Part shown: one piece after another, positions 22,067 to 33,363 of the stretch
Position numbering within the stretch: the first letter of the stretch is position 1
Layout of the letters: every line of letters begins with the position of its first letter
DNA from: Clostridia bacterium
GTDB lineage: Bacteria; Bacillota; Clostridia; JAAYHZ01
Length of the DNA: 64,000 nt
Reading direction: 5' to 3'
Assembly (NCBI GenBank): GCA_050950825.1
Contig: JBMNIH010000007.1
Span: forward strand, 187,971 to 251,970
The notes under the pieces: generated by a model
What the model saw: only the letters and a program-made list of their open reading frames with translations
Told to the model about the DNA's origin: nothing
Database searches by the model: none
Made by a program: the position numbers and the translations under genes

Positions 22067-22113
22067 GTTTATATAAAAGAATGGCCACGAGAAAGAGGCG
22101 ATGATGGTAAAAC

Positions 22114-22710
22114 ATGTTAGAATATAAGTCAACAATTAAGGCTAGATCTTATCTTTATTTAGAGTTGAAAAAGGCATCAAACCTATACTTACAAGGATTT
22201 TCTATAGATGACATAAGACAAAAAGCATTAGATGAAAATATATTTTCATTAAATTCAGAGAGCAGAATTAAGGAAATTGCTTCAACCGTCTCGGAAAGAC
22301 TAGAAGCCTTGGATGAAATGTTACTTGATAAATTAGTAAATGGAAACCTTGAAACAAGCAAACAGGTAGCCCTATATGCTATTTTGAAAACAGACAGGCT
22401 TTTTTTTGAGTTCATGCAGGAGGTATATAGAGATAAATACCTTATAAGAGATTATTTAATTACAGATAAGGATTTTGCTATTTTCTACCAAAGAAAAGCA
22501 GAACAAAGTCAAAAAGTGGCAGAGTGGAAAGATTATACCTTTTATAAATTAAAGCAGGTTTACAAAAGAATCTTAACTGAAGCCGGATTTGTAAAGAAGA
22601 ATAAAAAAGATGTTGAAATAACCAGACCCTTAATGGAGCAAGAATTAATAGAACATTTAAATGCAAAAGGTGATGGCATATACCTGCAGGCTATGTTAGG
22701 AGGGATATAA
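22114..22710 (+). CDS. brxA: BREX protein BrxA (DUF1819-like)
   Basis: 198 aa and first gene of the cassette. The 'DENIFSLNSESRIKEI...' and 'LFFEFMQEVYRDKY' pattern is typical of BrxA. Confidence 0.8.
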   Translation: MLEYKSTIKARSYLYLELKKASNLYLQGFSIDDIRQKALDENIFSLNSESRIKEIASTVSERLEALDEMLLDKLVNGNLETSKQVALYAILKTDRLFFEFMQEVYRDKYLIRDYLITDKDFAIFYQRKAEQSQKVAEWKDYTFYKLKQVYKRILTEAGFVKKNKKDVEITRPLMEQELIEHLNAKGDGIYLQAMLGGI

Positions 22711-23292
22711 ATGAAGACCATTTATGAAAGGCTTGATGAGATTCTACCTATTATTACAGATAAAAGATTTAGGGAGAACAAAGGATTAGGCAATGAAATA
22801 GGCTACTACATTTTTGATTATGATCCTGAACATGAAATCATTGTTAGAGAACATATAAAGTTCTTAAAGCAGAAAATAAATAATGATGGCATGGATTTTT
22901 CTATTAGAGAAATTGACCTTTATGAAATAATGATTGAAATATTAGCGGAAAAGGGATATTTGAAGAAAGTCTTTGAAATGGAGAAGAAAAAAGGTACAGA
23001 TGCAATCCTTAAGCCTATAAAGAATACTTTAAGACTCACCCAGAAAAATGATTTAGTTGTAGAGTATATCAGGGAAAGAGTACAGGAAAATGATATTGTT
23101 TTCTTAACAGGTGTGGGGAAAATATGGCCAATTATCCGATCTCACACTATTTTAAATGTTCTACATTCTGTAATAGATCATATACCTTTAATCATGTTTT
23201 ATCCTGGGACTTATTCAGGACAAGACTTAAATCTTTTTGATGAAATTTCTGACCAAAACTATTATAGGGCTTTTAAACTGGTAGAAAGATAG
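22711..23292 (+). CDS. brxB: BREX protein BrxB (DUF1788-like)
   Basis: 193 aa, starting immediately after the brxA stop. 'YYIFDYDPEHE', 'GVGKIWPIIRSHTILN' and 'FYPGTYSGQDLNLF...NYYRAF' are present. Confidence 0.9.
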   Translation: MKTIYERLDEILPIITDKRFRENKGLGNEIGYYIFDYDPEHEIIVREHIKFLKQKINNDGMDFSIREIDLYEIMIEILAEKGYLKKVFEMEKKKGTDAILKPIKNTLRLTQKNDLVVEYIRERVQENDIVFLTGVGKIWPIIRSHTILNVLHSVIDHIPLIMFYPGTYSGQDLNLFDEISDQNYYRAFKLVER

Positions 23293-23308
23293 GGGAGGGA
23301 ATTGGACT

Positions 23309-26300
23309 ATGAAATTAAAGAAAATGTTTTATAAGGAAATTGATAGGGATATTAAGGGCGTTATTAAGATTGGACAAGATGATGATACCAATGTTCACCA
23401 AGAGTTGGAGGAATATGTAGTTACTCGAGAATTGGCTAGACATTTTAGCACTTTTTTTGAGGCCTACAGAGAAGCGATTAATAATTATACTGACAAAATG
23501 GGAGTCTGGATATCAGGATTCTTTGGTTCTGGTAAATCCCATTTCTTAAAGATTTTATCTTATCTTCTTGAGAATAAAGAGGTAAAGGGTAAACGTGCTA
23601 TATCCTATTTTGACGATAAAATAGAGGATGCTTCCGTTTTAGCAGATATGAAAGCCTCAGGGGATGTAAGTGCCGATGTTATTTTATTTAACATAGATTC
23701 AAAAGCCGATTCAGATTCTAGAACTAATAAGGAATCAATAGTTAATGTATTCAATAAAGTGTTCAATGAAATGCAAGGTTTCTGCGGATCTTTGCCATGG
23801 CTTGCAGATCTTGAAGCACAAATGGTTAAAGAAGGTTCTTATGAAGCCTTTAAGTCAAGATTTGAGGAATTATCAGGGGAATCATGGATTGAAGCAAGAG
23901 AAGATTTTTATTTTGAAGAAGATAATATAGTTCAGGCACTGGCAGATACAACTAAAATGAGTATAGAAGCAGCCCGAAATTGGTACAACAAGGCTGAAGA
24001 TAACTACTCTTTAAGTGTTGAAAAGTTCGCTAACAAAGTAAAAGAATATATTGAGTCCAAGGACAGAGAGCACCATGTCATCTTTTTGGTGGATGAGATG
24101 GGTCAATACATAGGGGATGATGTAGGTTTAATGCTTAACCTGCAGACAGTTGTTGAAGATTTAGGAACTTATTGTGGGGGTAAAGCGTGGGTTATTGTAA
24201 CCTCACAGCAAGATATAGATACTGTTACGAAGGTAAGGGGTAATGACTTTTCTAAAATCCAAGGTAGATTTAATACAAGGCTTAGTTTATCCAGTGCCAA
24301 CGTGGATGAAGTAATTAAAAGGAGAATCCTTTATAAAAACGAAACCGCTAAAGAGACTTTAAAACTCTACTATGCAGACAAGGAAGCAATTATAAAAAAC
24401 CTTATTACCTTTTCTGCTGATACACCGGAAATGAAAATCTTCAAAACAGCAGAAGACTTTATAGATGTGTATCCCTTTATACCTTATCAATTTAGATTGC
24501 TGCAGTCTGTTTTTACAGCAATTAGACAGCATGGTGCTAGTGGAAAACATCTTTCAGAAGGAGAGAGGTCTCTTTTATCTGCATTTCAAGAGGCTGCTAT
24601 CAAATATATGGATAAAGAAGTGGGAGCATTAGTACCATTTTCCGCATTCTACGAAACTATAGAGACTTTCTTGGATCATAATATCAAGACAGTTTTTATT
24701 CATGCAGAAGATAACGATAGGCTCAGTAGTATGGATGTAGAAGTACTGAAGGTCCTATTTTTAATAAAATGGGTAAAAGAAATGCCAAAGAACTTGGAAA
24801 ACATTGCAACATTAATGGTTTCACATATTGACGAAGACAAAATTGAATTAAAGAAAAAAATAGAAGCCTCTTTAGACAGGCTTGTAAAAGAGACACTGGT
24901 TCAGAAAAATGGAAATGAATATATCTTCTTAACTCATGAAGAACAGGACGTAAATAAAGAAATACAGAATATTTCAATTGATATCAGTGAAATAATACTG
25001 AAGATTGGTGAGGAAATATACACAGGAATTTACAGTGAAAAGAAGTTTCGCTATAACGTTAGATACCATTTTGATTTTAACAAAATCATAGACGATAGGT
25101 ATATGTCCTCCCAAAAACACGATATAGGAGTAAAAATAATTACCCCTTATTATGATACTGGTGTTGAACTTACTGACCATGAATTAAGAATGATGTCAGC
25201 CAGAGAGAATAATCTAATAATCAAACTACCTCAAGATACTTCTTTCCTTGAAGAGATGGAGAATATATTAAAGATACAGACCTACCTTACAAGGAAAGCA
25301 GGGACTATACAAACGGAAGAAATTGAGGAAATAAAGATACGAAAATCAAGAGAAGTTGCTGAGAGAAAGGACAGAGTTGTATCCTTACTTAAGGAAGCAT
25401 TGCAAGAAGCAGACTTCTATGTAAATATGCAAAAAATTGATATAAAATCAAAAAATCCTGTTGAAAGAATAAACAGTGGGTTGAAAATACTTATTGAAAA
25501 TATCTATGACAAGTTAAACTATATTACTGATTTTATTGAAAGCACCAAAGAACTTCATGACCTGCTGTTTGATGAAAATACTCAGATAAATATATTTGGG
25601 GAAGAAGAAATCCCAAACAAACTAGCCATAGATGAGATGCTCCACTATATCGAAAGAAACACCCAACGGCATATTCCTGTAACTATGAAAACTCTATTGG
25701 AACTATATGATAAACCGCCTTATGGCTGGCTGCCAGATGATATCAGGGGGCTAGTGATTAGATTATTTAGAGCACAGGAAATTAAGATACAATTAGGTAG
25801 CGAATATATTAATCCTTCGGATAAAAACCTAATCCAATATATGACGAAAAAAGATTATATAGATAGATTGCTAATAAAGAAAAGAACTAAAACCCCTGAA
25901 AAGTATTTGAATAATGCCAGGATGTTGATTAGAGAAGTTTTCAATTATGCATCAGTGCCAGGGGATGAAGATGGATTAATGATTCGTTTCAAGGAGTTAT
26001 CTAACTATGAATTATCAAATATAAGAGAACTATTAGTCCGTTATGAAGAGAGAAACTATCCCGGCAAAGATGTGTTAGAAAGAGGCAAGAGTCTTTTCGA
26101 GGACATTTTGCAGATTAGTGATGCTACAGCCTTCTTTGAAAAACTATATGAAGTAAAAGAAGAATTAATGGACTATGAGGAAGAAGTTTTTGACGTTAAA
26201 AAATTCTTTAAAAACCAAAAAGAGCAGTTTGATAAAGCCCTTAAACAACTCAATATATATGAAAAGAACAAAACCTATGTTTTAGATCCGGAGACTATAA

Positions 26301-26863
26301 ATATCGTTAAGGAAATAGAAACAATAGTTAAATCACCAAAACCATATAATCAGATTTCAAAACTGCCTAGCCTAATAAATGACTTTGTTGACAAATTTGT
26401 TATGTTGTTAGAAGAAGAGTGCAAACCTGTAAGGGCTGTGATAGAAAGTGATTGGAACAAGGTTAAGGATGAACTTGAATTATATGATTTTAAGGATGAA
26501 TTGGCAGGTGCGTTTAACAATAAGTTTAGGGATCTTTTGGTCAGATTAGATTCATCCCACAATTTCTATGAAGCCATCGCCATGAAGGAAGAGTCAGATA
26601 GGCTGAAAATGAGATGTTTTGAGGAAATTAAAAAAACTGCCTTGGAAAAGAGAAAAAAAAGGGACAGTGAAAAACAACCAGTTACCACTAGGGAAGGCAA
26701 TGGAGTTTATGTTACCAAAAAAACAGTCAATATAAGCATAGCAAATATATTCCATGGAGCAAAAACCATTGAAAGTGAAGAAGATATAGAAGAATTACTT
26801 GATTATTTAAGAAAGCAATTAAAAACGGAACTAAAGGAGAATACCATATTGAAATTAATTTAA
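23309..26863 (+). CDS. brxC: BREX ATPase BrxC/PglY
   Basis: 1184 aa. Walker A 'GFFGSGKSHF' and Walker B-like 'IFLVDEMGQY'. Size and position match BrxC. Confidence 0.9.
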   Translation: MKLKKMFYKEIDRDIKGVIKIGQDDDTNVHQELEEYVVTRELARHFSTFFEAYREAINNYTDKMGVWISGFFGSGKSHFLKILSYLLENKEVKGKRAISYFDDKIEDASVLADMKASGDVSADVILFNIDSKADSDSRTNKESIVNVFNKVFNEMQGFCGSLPWLADLEAQMVKEGSYEAFKSRFEELSGESWIEAREDFYFEEDNIVQALADTTKMSIEAARNWYNKAEDNYSLSVEKFANKVKEYIESKDREHHVIFLVDEMGQYIGDDVGLMLNLQTVVEDLGTYCGGKAWVIVTSQQDIDTVTKVRGNDFSKIQGRFNTRLSLSSANVDEVIKRRILYKNETAKETLKLYYADKEAIIKNLITFSADTPEMKIFKTAEDFIDVYPFIPYQFRLLQSVFTAIRQHGASGKHLSEGERSLLSAFQEAAIKYMDKEVGALVPFSAFYETIETFLDHNIKTVFIHAEDNDRLSSMDVEVLKVLFLIKWVKEMPKNLENIATLMVSHIDEDKIELKKKIEASLDRLVKETLVQKNGNEYIFLTHEEQDVNKEIQNISIDISEIILKIGEEIYTGIYSEKKFRYNVRYHFDFNKIIDDRYMSSQKHDIGVKIITPYYDTGVELTDHELRMMSARENNLIIKLPQDTSFLEEMENILKIQTYLTRKAGTIQTEEIEEIKIRKSREVAERKDRVVSLLKEALQEADFYVNMQKIDIKSKNPVERINSGLKILIENIYDKLNYITDFIESTKELHDLLFDENTQINIFGEEEIPNKLAIDEMLHYIERNTQRHIPVTMKTLLELYDKPPYGWLPDDIRGLVIRLFRAQEIKIQLGSEYINPSDKNLIQYMTKKDYIDRLLIKKRTKTPEKYLNNARMLIREVFNYASVPGDEDGLMIRFKELSNYELSNIRELLVRYEERNYPGKDVLERGKSLFEDILQISDATAFFEKLYEVKEELMDYEEEVFDVKKFFKNQKEQFDKALKQLNIYEKNKTYVLDPETINIVKEIETIVKSPKPYNQISKLPSLINDFVDKFVMLLEEECKPVRAVIESDWNKVKDELELYDFKDELAGAFNNKFRDLLVRLDSSHNFYEAIAMKEESDRLKMRCFEEIKKTALEKRKKRDSEKQPVTTREGNGVYVTKKTVNISIANIFHGAKTIESEEDIEELLDYLRKQLKTELKENTILKLI

Positions 26864-26880
26864 GTTGAGGAGGGGATATA

Positions 26881-29800
26881 GTGGATAAAACAGCCATTAG
26901 AAACTTTGCGGTAAAAGCAAGGCGTAAACTAATAGAAGATATAACCCATAAGGCCTATGAGATAGGGATAACAAAAGATAAAATCTTAGATATTGAAACC
27001 TTTGAGGGTGGTTTTAGAGTAAAGGGTAGAGAAAACGGCAAAACCTTTAAGAAATATGAATTAAAGCAGCGTAATAAGTTGATTCAAAATATTAAACATA
27101 AAGGCTTTGAGCAAGTTATAGAAGAGGTTGCCTATACATGGTTTAACCGTTTTATTGCTCTGCGTTTTATGGAAGTTAACAACTATCTTCCTACTGGGGT
27201 TAGGGTATTATCCTCAATAGAAGAAGGTAAGACTGAGCCTGATATTATCCAAGAGGCTCTAAACATAGACTTAGATCTTGATCCTGAAATAGTGTATAGA
27301 CTTCAAGACAGTAACGATACAGAGGATTTATATAGATATTTGTTAGTTAAGCAATGCAATCAATTAGGAAAAATTATGCCTAATGTTTTTGAGGAAATCG
27401 CTGATTATACAGAATTACTCCTTCCTGACAAACTTCTTGCTGAAGGTTCTGTAATTAGAGATTTAGTGGAAGAAATAGAGGAATATGATTGGAAAATAGA
27501 ACTGAATGAGGAAGAACAGAAGCGGGAACCAGAAAAGGGAGAACACGGTATAGAAATTATTGGTTGGCTATATCAGTATTATATTTCTGAAAAGAAAGAC
27601 GAAGTTTTTGCTGGCCTTAAAAAGAATAAGAAGATTACCAAGGAAAATATTCCTGCTGCCACCCAACTCTTTACACCTAAATGGATAGTAAAGTATATGG
27701 TAGAGAATTCATTAGGCAGGCTATGGCTGGAATCTCATCCAAATGATCAATTAAAGGCTCAATGGAAATATTATTTGAAAGAAGCCGAACAAGAACCGGA
27801 AGTTCAAAAACAATTAGATGCACTCAAAGACCCCAACTTAAATCCAGAAGATATTAAGGTATTGGATCCTGCCATGGGTAGTGGCCATATTTTAGTTTAT
27901 GCTTTTGATGTTCTATATGAAATATACCTATCTACAGGTTATTCAGAAAGGGAAATACCCACTCTTATATTGGAAAAAAACCTTTATGGTCTTGATATAG
28001 ACGATCGTGCAGGCCAATTAGCCACTTTTGCCATTTTAATGAAGGCAAGAAGTAAAAATAGAAGGATTTTTAGACACAAATCAAGGATGAACTTGTGCTC
28101 CATTCAGGAAAGTAACCATATTCCTAAAGAGGCTATCGAATATTTGGTTAATCCAAAAGAGACTGAACTAGAAAAACATATTCACAGGGAGGACGTTGAA
28201 TACCTAATAGAAGTTTTTCATGATGCAAAAGAATATGGCTCAATTTTAGATGTGAAAAAAATAGATTTTGACGCTTTAGAAAAAAGGATTGAAGAGATAA
28301 GGAATAATGTTCCAGAAGACCTATTTGAACTGCAATATAGAGAGATAATATTAGAAAAAATTCCACCATTGATTCAACAGGCAAAGATAATGAGTCAAAA
28401 ATATGATGTTGTGTGTACAAATCCGCCGTATATGGGGAATAGGGGGATGAATTCTAAACTATCAAAATACATAGGTCAACATTTTCCAAACACAAAAACT
28501 GATTTTTTCGCAGTATTTATAGAAGTATGTGGTGCTTATACACGAGCCAGGGGATTGTTTTCATTGATTACACAGCCTACATGGTTGTTTTTAAGTGCTT
28601 TTGAAAAATTAAGAAAAAGTATAATTGAAAACAAGTCTATTTGTAGTCTTCTACACATAGGGAGAGGTATTTTTGGAATAGATTGGGGATCAGTTGCCTT
28701 TACATTAAGAAACATACTGGTAAATAATTATTATGGTCAATATTTTAGGCTACATACGAGGCTATTCCAGTATATAGATCCAAATGATATAAAAGACTTG
28801 TTTTTAAAAGCCAAGAATGACCATAGTTTTAAATTCAATTTTGATAACTATGGAAACAATTCTGAATTATTTAATGATGGCAAATTAAGAATGATAGGTG
28901 ACTGCAATGGTCAAAAAATACACTACATTTATAATCAAGAAAACTTTAAGTTAATTCCAGGATACCCTATTGCGTATTGGGCAAATTCTAACCTACTTGA
29001 TGCATTTAGATCTAAAAAAATTATATCTAAAATTGCCATACCAAGAACAGGTATTATGACTGGAGATAATGCTAGATTTTTACGATTATGGTGGGAGCCT
29101 TACTATGGTAAATTAAACTTGGATGCAAAAGACTATGAAAGTGCGATAAAATCAAAATTAAAATGGTATCCATATAACAAGGGGGGAGATTTTAGGAGAT
29201 GGTATGGAAATAATGAATATGTAGTTAATTGGGAAAATGGAGGATATGAAATATTTGGGTGTGCAAAATTAGATAGCCGAAACTCACAGGACTATCCAAA
29301 CGAACTTAAATTTAAAAGGGCAATTTCATGGGCACTAGTATCATCTAAGAAACCATCTTTTAGAATAATCAATAACAGTTTATCAGATATTGGTGGGCCT
29401 TCCTTGTTTGTAAGTAGTAATAATTTATATTATATTTTGGCATTTTGTAATTCATTAATAGCCATAGAAATATTAAATATATTAAATCCAACAGTAAACT
29501 TTCAAGCAGGGAATATAGGAAATTTACCAATAATTTTAAATAAGGACAATTTTCATGTTGTTACTTCAAATGCTATGCAGAATATAAGAATTTCACAACA
29601 AGACTGGGATTCTTTTGAAACCTCATGGGATTTCAAAGTACACCCATTAGCAAACTTTAATAAGTACATGGATAATTATTATGATACCTTATTAGAATCA
29701 GGTATATTGGCTGATAAGGAGCCTATATATGTAGCCAATTTGGAACATGCCTATGAACAATATAAAGAATTTACTGAGGTTCAATTCAACCAACTTAAAT

Positions 29801-30150
29801 CCAACGAAGAAGAACTAAACCGTATTTTCATTGAAATCTATGGTCTCCAGGACGAACTAACTCCTGATGTAGATGACAAAGACGTAACTATTACAAGGAT
29901 ATATGATTCTAAAGAAGATATCCCAGAGTGTATGAAGGGAAATAAATATGTACTTACAAGGGAAGATGTAATAAAATCCTTTATCTCTTATGCTGTTGGC
30001 TGTATGTTTGGACGCTACTCTTTAGATGAAGAAGGTCTAATCTATGCTGGTGGAGATTTTGATGACAAGTTTAGGTTGCGTGATGGACAATGGGAGATTA
30101 AGACTAAAGAAGGTTGGAAAAAGTCGATCGATAAACATAGTAGAACATAA
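26881..30150 (+). CDS. pglX: BREX adenine methyltransferase PglX, N-terminal 1089-codon segment (gene interrupted by a frameshift)
   Basis: SAM motif '[12 protein letters not shown]' and catalytic 'TNPPY' (28419-28430). The frame terminates at 30148-30150 while homology continues in the +1 frame. Confidence 0.9.
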   Translation: MDKTAIRNFAVKARRKLIEDITHKAYEIGITKDKILDIETFEGGFRVKGRENGKTFKKYELKQRNKLIQNIKHKGFEQVIEEVAYTWFNRFIALRFMEVNNYLPTGVRVLSSIEEGKTEPDIIQEALNIDLDLDPEIVYRLQDSNDTEDLYRYLLVKQCNQLGKIMPNVFEEIADYTELLLPDKLLAEGSVIRDLVEEIEEYDWKIELNEEEQKREPEKGEHGIEIIGWLYQYYISEKKDEVFAGLKKNKKITKENIPAATQLFTPKWIVKYMVENSLGRLWLESHPNDQLKAQWKYYLKEAEQEPEVQKQLDALKDPNLNPEDIKVLDPAMGSGHILVYAFDVLYEIYLSTGYSEREIPTLILEKNLYGLDIDDRAGQLATFAILMKARSKNRRIFRHKSRMNLCSIQESNHIPKEAIEYLVNPKETELEKHIHREDVEYLIEVFHDAKEYGSILDVKKIDFDALEKRIEEIRNNVPEDLFELQYREIILEKIPPLIQQAKIMSQKYDVVCTNPPYMGNRGMNSKLSKYIGQHFPNTKTDFFAVFIEVCGAYTRARGLFSLITQPTWLFLSAFEKLRKSIIENKSICSLLHIGRGIFGIDWGSVAFTLRNILVNNYYGQYFRLHTRLFQYIDPNDIKDLFLKAKNDHSFKFNFDNYGNNSELFNDGKLRMIGDCNGQKIHYIYNQENFKLIPGYPIAYWANSNLLDAFRSKKIISKIAIPRTGIMTGDNARFLRLWWEPYYGKLNLDAKDYESAIKSKLKWYPYNKGGDFRRWYGNNEYVVNWENGGYEIFGCAKLDSRNSQDYPNELKFKRAISWALVSSKKPSFRIINNSLSDIGGPSLFVSSNNLYYILAFCNSLIAIEILNILNPTVNFQAGNIGNLPIILNKDNFHVVTSNAMQNIRISQQDWDSFETSWDFKVHPLANFNKYMDNYYDTLLESGILADKEPIYVANLEHAYEQYKEFTEVQFNQLKSNEEELNRIFIEIYGLQDELTPDVDDKDVTITRIYDSKEDIPECMKGNKYVLTREDVIKSFISYAVGCMFGRYSLDEEGLIYAGGDFDDKFRLRDGQWEIKTKEGWKKSIDKHSRT

Positions 30151-30622
30151 TGTTATTCCTATTGCTGATGGAGATTATTTTGAAGATGGTATACTGGAGC
30201 GTTTTGTAGACTTTGTAAAGGTATCTTTTGGTGAAGAAACATTGGAGGAGAATCTAGATTACATTGCTGAAACTTTAGGTAGGAAGGCCAATGAAACTTC
30301 AAGACAGGCTATTAGAAGATACTTCTTAAAAGATTTCTATAAAGACCATGTAAGAACATATAAAAGTCGTCCTATTTACTGGCTCTTTGATAGTGGAAGA
30401 CAGGACGGGTTTAAAGCCCTTATTTACATGCACCGTTACGAGCCTTCTACTGTTGCAAGGGTGAGGACCGATTATTTGCATAGTTTGCAGAAAAAGTATG
30501 AAGCAGAAATAAACCATCTTGATATTTTAATAGATTCGGATATCTCTCAAAGGGAAAAGGCTGCTGCAAGGAAAAAGAAAGAGACAATTTTAAAGCAGAT
30601 TGAGGAATGCAGGATTATATGA
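30044..30622 (+). pseudogene. pglX: pglX middle segment (frame +1 relative to the N-terminal segment)
   Basis: '[25 protein letters not shown]...[24 protein letters not shown]' is the conserved PglX C-terminal region. It is not an independent gene. Confidence 0.85.
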
Positions 30623-30770
30623 TGAGGCTATAGCCCATGTGGCCAATCAAAGAATTGAGATTGATTTAGATGATGGCGTAAAAGTTAATTATGCTAAATT
30701 CCAAGGGGTTGAGATTCCTCAAGGTAAAGGCAGAAAGCCACTAAAAGCAGATTTATTAGCAAAGATATAA
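30618..30770 (+). pseudogene. pglX: pglX C-terminal segment (a second +1 shift)
   Basis: It translates to '[50 protein letters not shown]', the canonical PglX tail, in the third frame. Confidence 0.85.
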
Positions 30771-30783
30771 AGTAGGTGAACAT

Positions 30784-33339
30784 ATGAATTTTTTAGAAGT
30801 TAAAAAGAGGTTAGAGGAAATCTTTAATAAAGAACCTATGGATGGGAAAAAGAGACATATAGTTTTTTGGTATGATGATGAGGGAGAATTCATTGAAGAC
30901 ATTAACGAACTTAAACTAGATAATGCCAAGATTCTCAAACTTGCTGATAATAATTCTTTCTATATAAAGTATCTTCTTGAAAAAGAAGATATTGAATCTA
31001 ATTATCTTTTATATTCTCCTTCATCTAAACCAATACCACGGGATAATTGGGTGTTGGATATTCTGAAATATAGTGAGGAGTTTTCAACTGACAAGGCAAC
31101 TTTAATTATGAGGGACTTCAAGGTGGAAGATCCCTCATTAAGAAATGTGTTTAAGGGATATTTAAAGTTCTTTGGAAATAAAGAGAGATATAAAAAATTT
31201 GCCTCATACAATATAGATAAATTTACTAAAGAAAAGGTAGATATAGCAGTTCTATCTGCTCTACGCAGATTACCCGTAGCAGATTTTGAACAAGTTGTAA
31301 AAAAGATTCTGATTGAAGAATTAGAAGGAGAGAACAAATATCTAGAGGCTATTGAGAACGTTGGTAATATAGATGCCTTTTGGGATTTAGTTGAGAAAAG
31401 ATATGGTTATAATTTCGAGGAGAGATCATTAGAAAAATTAACGATTATGCTTCTTGTTACTCATTTATCCTATACTCTCGAAGAGGATATGCCAACTACA
31501 TGGGTAGAGTATGTATCTCCTAAAAGATCAGATTCTGTAGTGTTTATAAGTAATTTTATGAATCATGCTACCGACGGTAAATACTATGATTTATTGGCGG
31601 ATAAAGTCCAAGAGACATTAAATGTAAGAGTGTATTTAAATAAATGGGATATAGATAAGTATATTGAATGTGATACATTTAGGGCTTTTGATGAAGCAAT
31701 AATGGAAAGGATAATTGGCAACTTAGTAGAAGGTGTCGGAGAATTTGAAAGATACCGTAAACTGATTAATAGAAGAAGGACAAGTCATTGGTTTAAAACC
31801 TATAGAAACGAATATGAAGCCCTATATTTTGCTAATGAACTCCTTGAAATGGAAAAGAGAATGGGTGGAGTTATTAGAGGTGGATCTGCCTATGATTTGA
31901 TCAATGCTTATGTTAAAGAATATTATCTGTTTGATTATTTCTATCGGAAGTTTTATTACTATTACGATAAAATTACTGACAAAGATCCATTTGAAAAACT
32001 AGCAGAGAGAATTGAAAACACCTATACTCACTGGTATCTAAACGAACTTTCAATAAAATGGTCTGCAGCGGTTCAGGAGGAATTACTAGAAGACTACTCT
32101 TTGGCAGGTATTAGGCAGCAAAAAGATTTTTATAAAGACTTTGTTTTGCCATTTATAAGGAATAATGAAAGATTATTTGTAATTATTTCTGATGCTTTAA
32201 GATATGAAGCAGCAAGAGAACTCCTTAATCTAATTAATAAAGAGGTGAGGGGTATGGCAGAGATTGGCTTTATGCAAGGAGTCATCCCTTCAAATACAAA
32301 ATATGGTATGGCAAGTTTGCTTCCAAGAAAGGAATTGGTAGTCAATGATAAATCAGATATTATTATTGACGGTATAAGCACCCAGGGGACAGTAAATAGG
32401 GGGAAAATAATCGCCAATTATAGTGATAATGCTCAGGCAATATCATTTAGTGACATGGTAGATATGCGTAGGGCAGATTACAAGAAAGCCTTTGAAGGGA
32501 AAAAACTAATTTATATATACCATGACACAATAGATGCCGTTGGGGAAGTGCCTCAGACGGAAAGAGAGGTTTTTGATGCCGTAGAAAAGGGTTTTGAAGA
32601 TTTAGTATCGCTAATCAAAAACCTAATAAACCATGTAAGTGCTACAAACATAATAATTACTGCAGATCATGGTTTCATATACAGACGTTCTCAATTAACA
32701 GAAGTAGACAAGATTAGCAGATTTAATGCTGAAACCATAGATGCCGGCAGGAGATATATGCTTGCAGAAATTGATGAAGATATTCCAGATACATTACCTA
32801 TTTCTATGAAATATCTTTTGGGACAGGAGACAAAATTAAAAGCCATTGTTCCAAAAGGCATGATTAGATACAAGGTTCAAGGGGCAGGAGCAAATTATGT
32901 CCATGGAGGAGCATCTTTGCAGGAGATAATTGTTCCTGTAATAAGATTTAAGAATATCCGTAAAGATGAGTATAAAGCCACTAAGGTCGAAGTGAAGTTA
33001 ACCAATATTTCAAGGAAGATTACAAATAGAATCACCTATTTGGAGTTTTTCCAAACAGAAGTGGTAGACGAAAAGAAAGTGCCATTAAAACTAAAACTTT
33101 ATTTTGTAGATAAAGAAGGTAACCGTATCTCTAATGAAAACATTATAATTGCTGATAGTAGGTCGAAAAATCCTGAGGATCGAACCTTTAGGGAGAAGTT
33201 TACATTAAGAGATATGGCTTATGACAAGAACAAGGAATATTATTTAATTTTAGAAGATGAAGATGAAACCGTAGAAAAAATATATGAGCGAATACCTTTT
33301 AAGATAGATTTGCTATTTACAGATGACTTTGGTTTATAG
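30784..33339 (+). CDS. pglZ: BREX alkaline-phosphatase-family protein PglZ
   Basis: 851 aa. N-terminal 'IVFWYDDEGEF' and the PglZ-domain region 'FVIISDALRYEAA...ITADHGF' are present. Confidence 0.9.
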   Translation: MNFLEVKKRLEEIFNKEPMDGKKRHIVFWYDDEGEFIEDINELKLDNAKILKLADNNSFYIKYLLEKEDIESNYLLYSPSSKPIPRDNWVLDILKYSEEFSTDKATLIMRDFKVEDPSLRNVFKGYLKFFGNKERYKKFASYNIDKFTKEKVDIAVLSALRRLPVADFEQVVKKILIEELEGENKYLEAIENVGNIDAFWDLVEKRYGYNFEERSLEKLTIMLLVTHLSYTLEEDMPTTWVEYVSPKRSDSVVFISNFMNHATDGKYYDLLADKVQETLNVRVYLNKWDIDKYIECDTFRAFDEAIMERIIGNLVEGVGEFERYRKLINRRRTSHWFKTYRNEYEALYFANELLEMEKRMGGVIRGGSAYDLINAYVKEYYLFDYFYRKFYYYYDKITDKDPFEKLAERIENTYTHWYLNELSIKWSAAVQEELLEDYSLAGIRQQKDFYKDFVLPFIRNNERLFVIISDALRYEAARELLNLINKEVRGMAEIGFMQGVIPSNTKYGMASLLPRKELVVNDKSDIIIDGISTQGTVNRGKIIANYSDNAQAISFSDMVDMRRADYKKAFEGKKLIYIYHDTIDAVGEVPQTEREVFDAVEKGFEDLVSLIKNLINHVSATNIIITADHGFIYRRSQLTEVDKISRFNAETIDAGRRYMLAEIDEDIPDTLPISMKYLLGQETKLKAIVPKGMIRYKVQGAGANYVHGGASLQEIIVPVIRFKNIRKDEYKATKVEVKLTNISRKITNRITYLEFFQTEVVDEKKVPLKLKLYFVDKEGNRISNENIIIADSRSKNPEDRTFREKFTLRDMAYDKNKEYYLILEDEDETVEKIYERIPFKIDLLFTDDFGL

Positions 33340-33363
33340 AATTACAAAGGTGGTGAAAAGGCA

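Noticed and set aside
30044-30622. The 192-aa ORF as an independent gene downstream of pglX.
   Set aside because: Its product is the conserved C-terminal region of PglX and overlaps the end of the upstream frame. It is a frameshifted continuation, not a separate gene.
30100-30625. Programmed +1 ribosomal frameshifting as the explanation for the pglX frame changes.
   Set aside because: Two independent +1 events in one gene with no recognisable recoding signals is far less likely than mutation or sequencing error. It is kept only as an alternative in the pglX finding.
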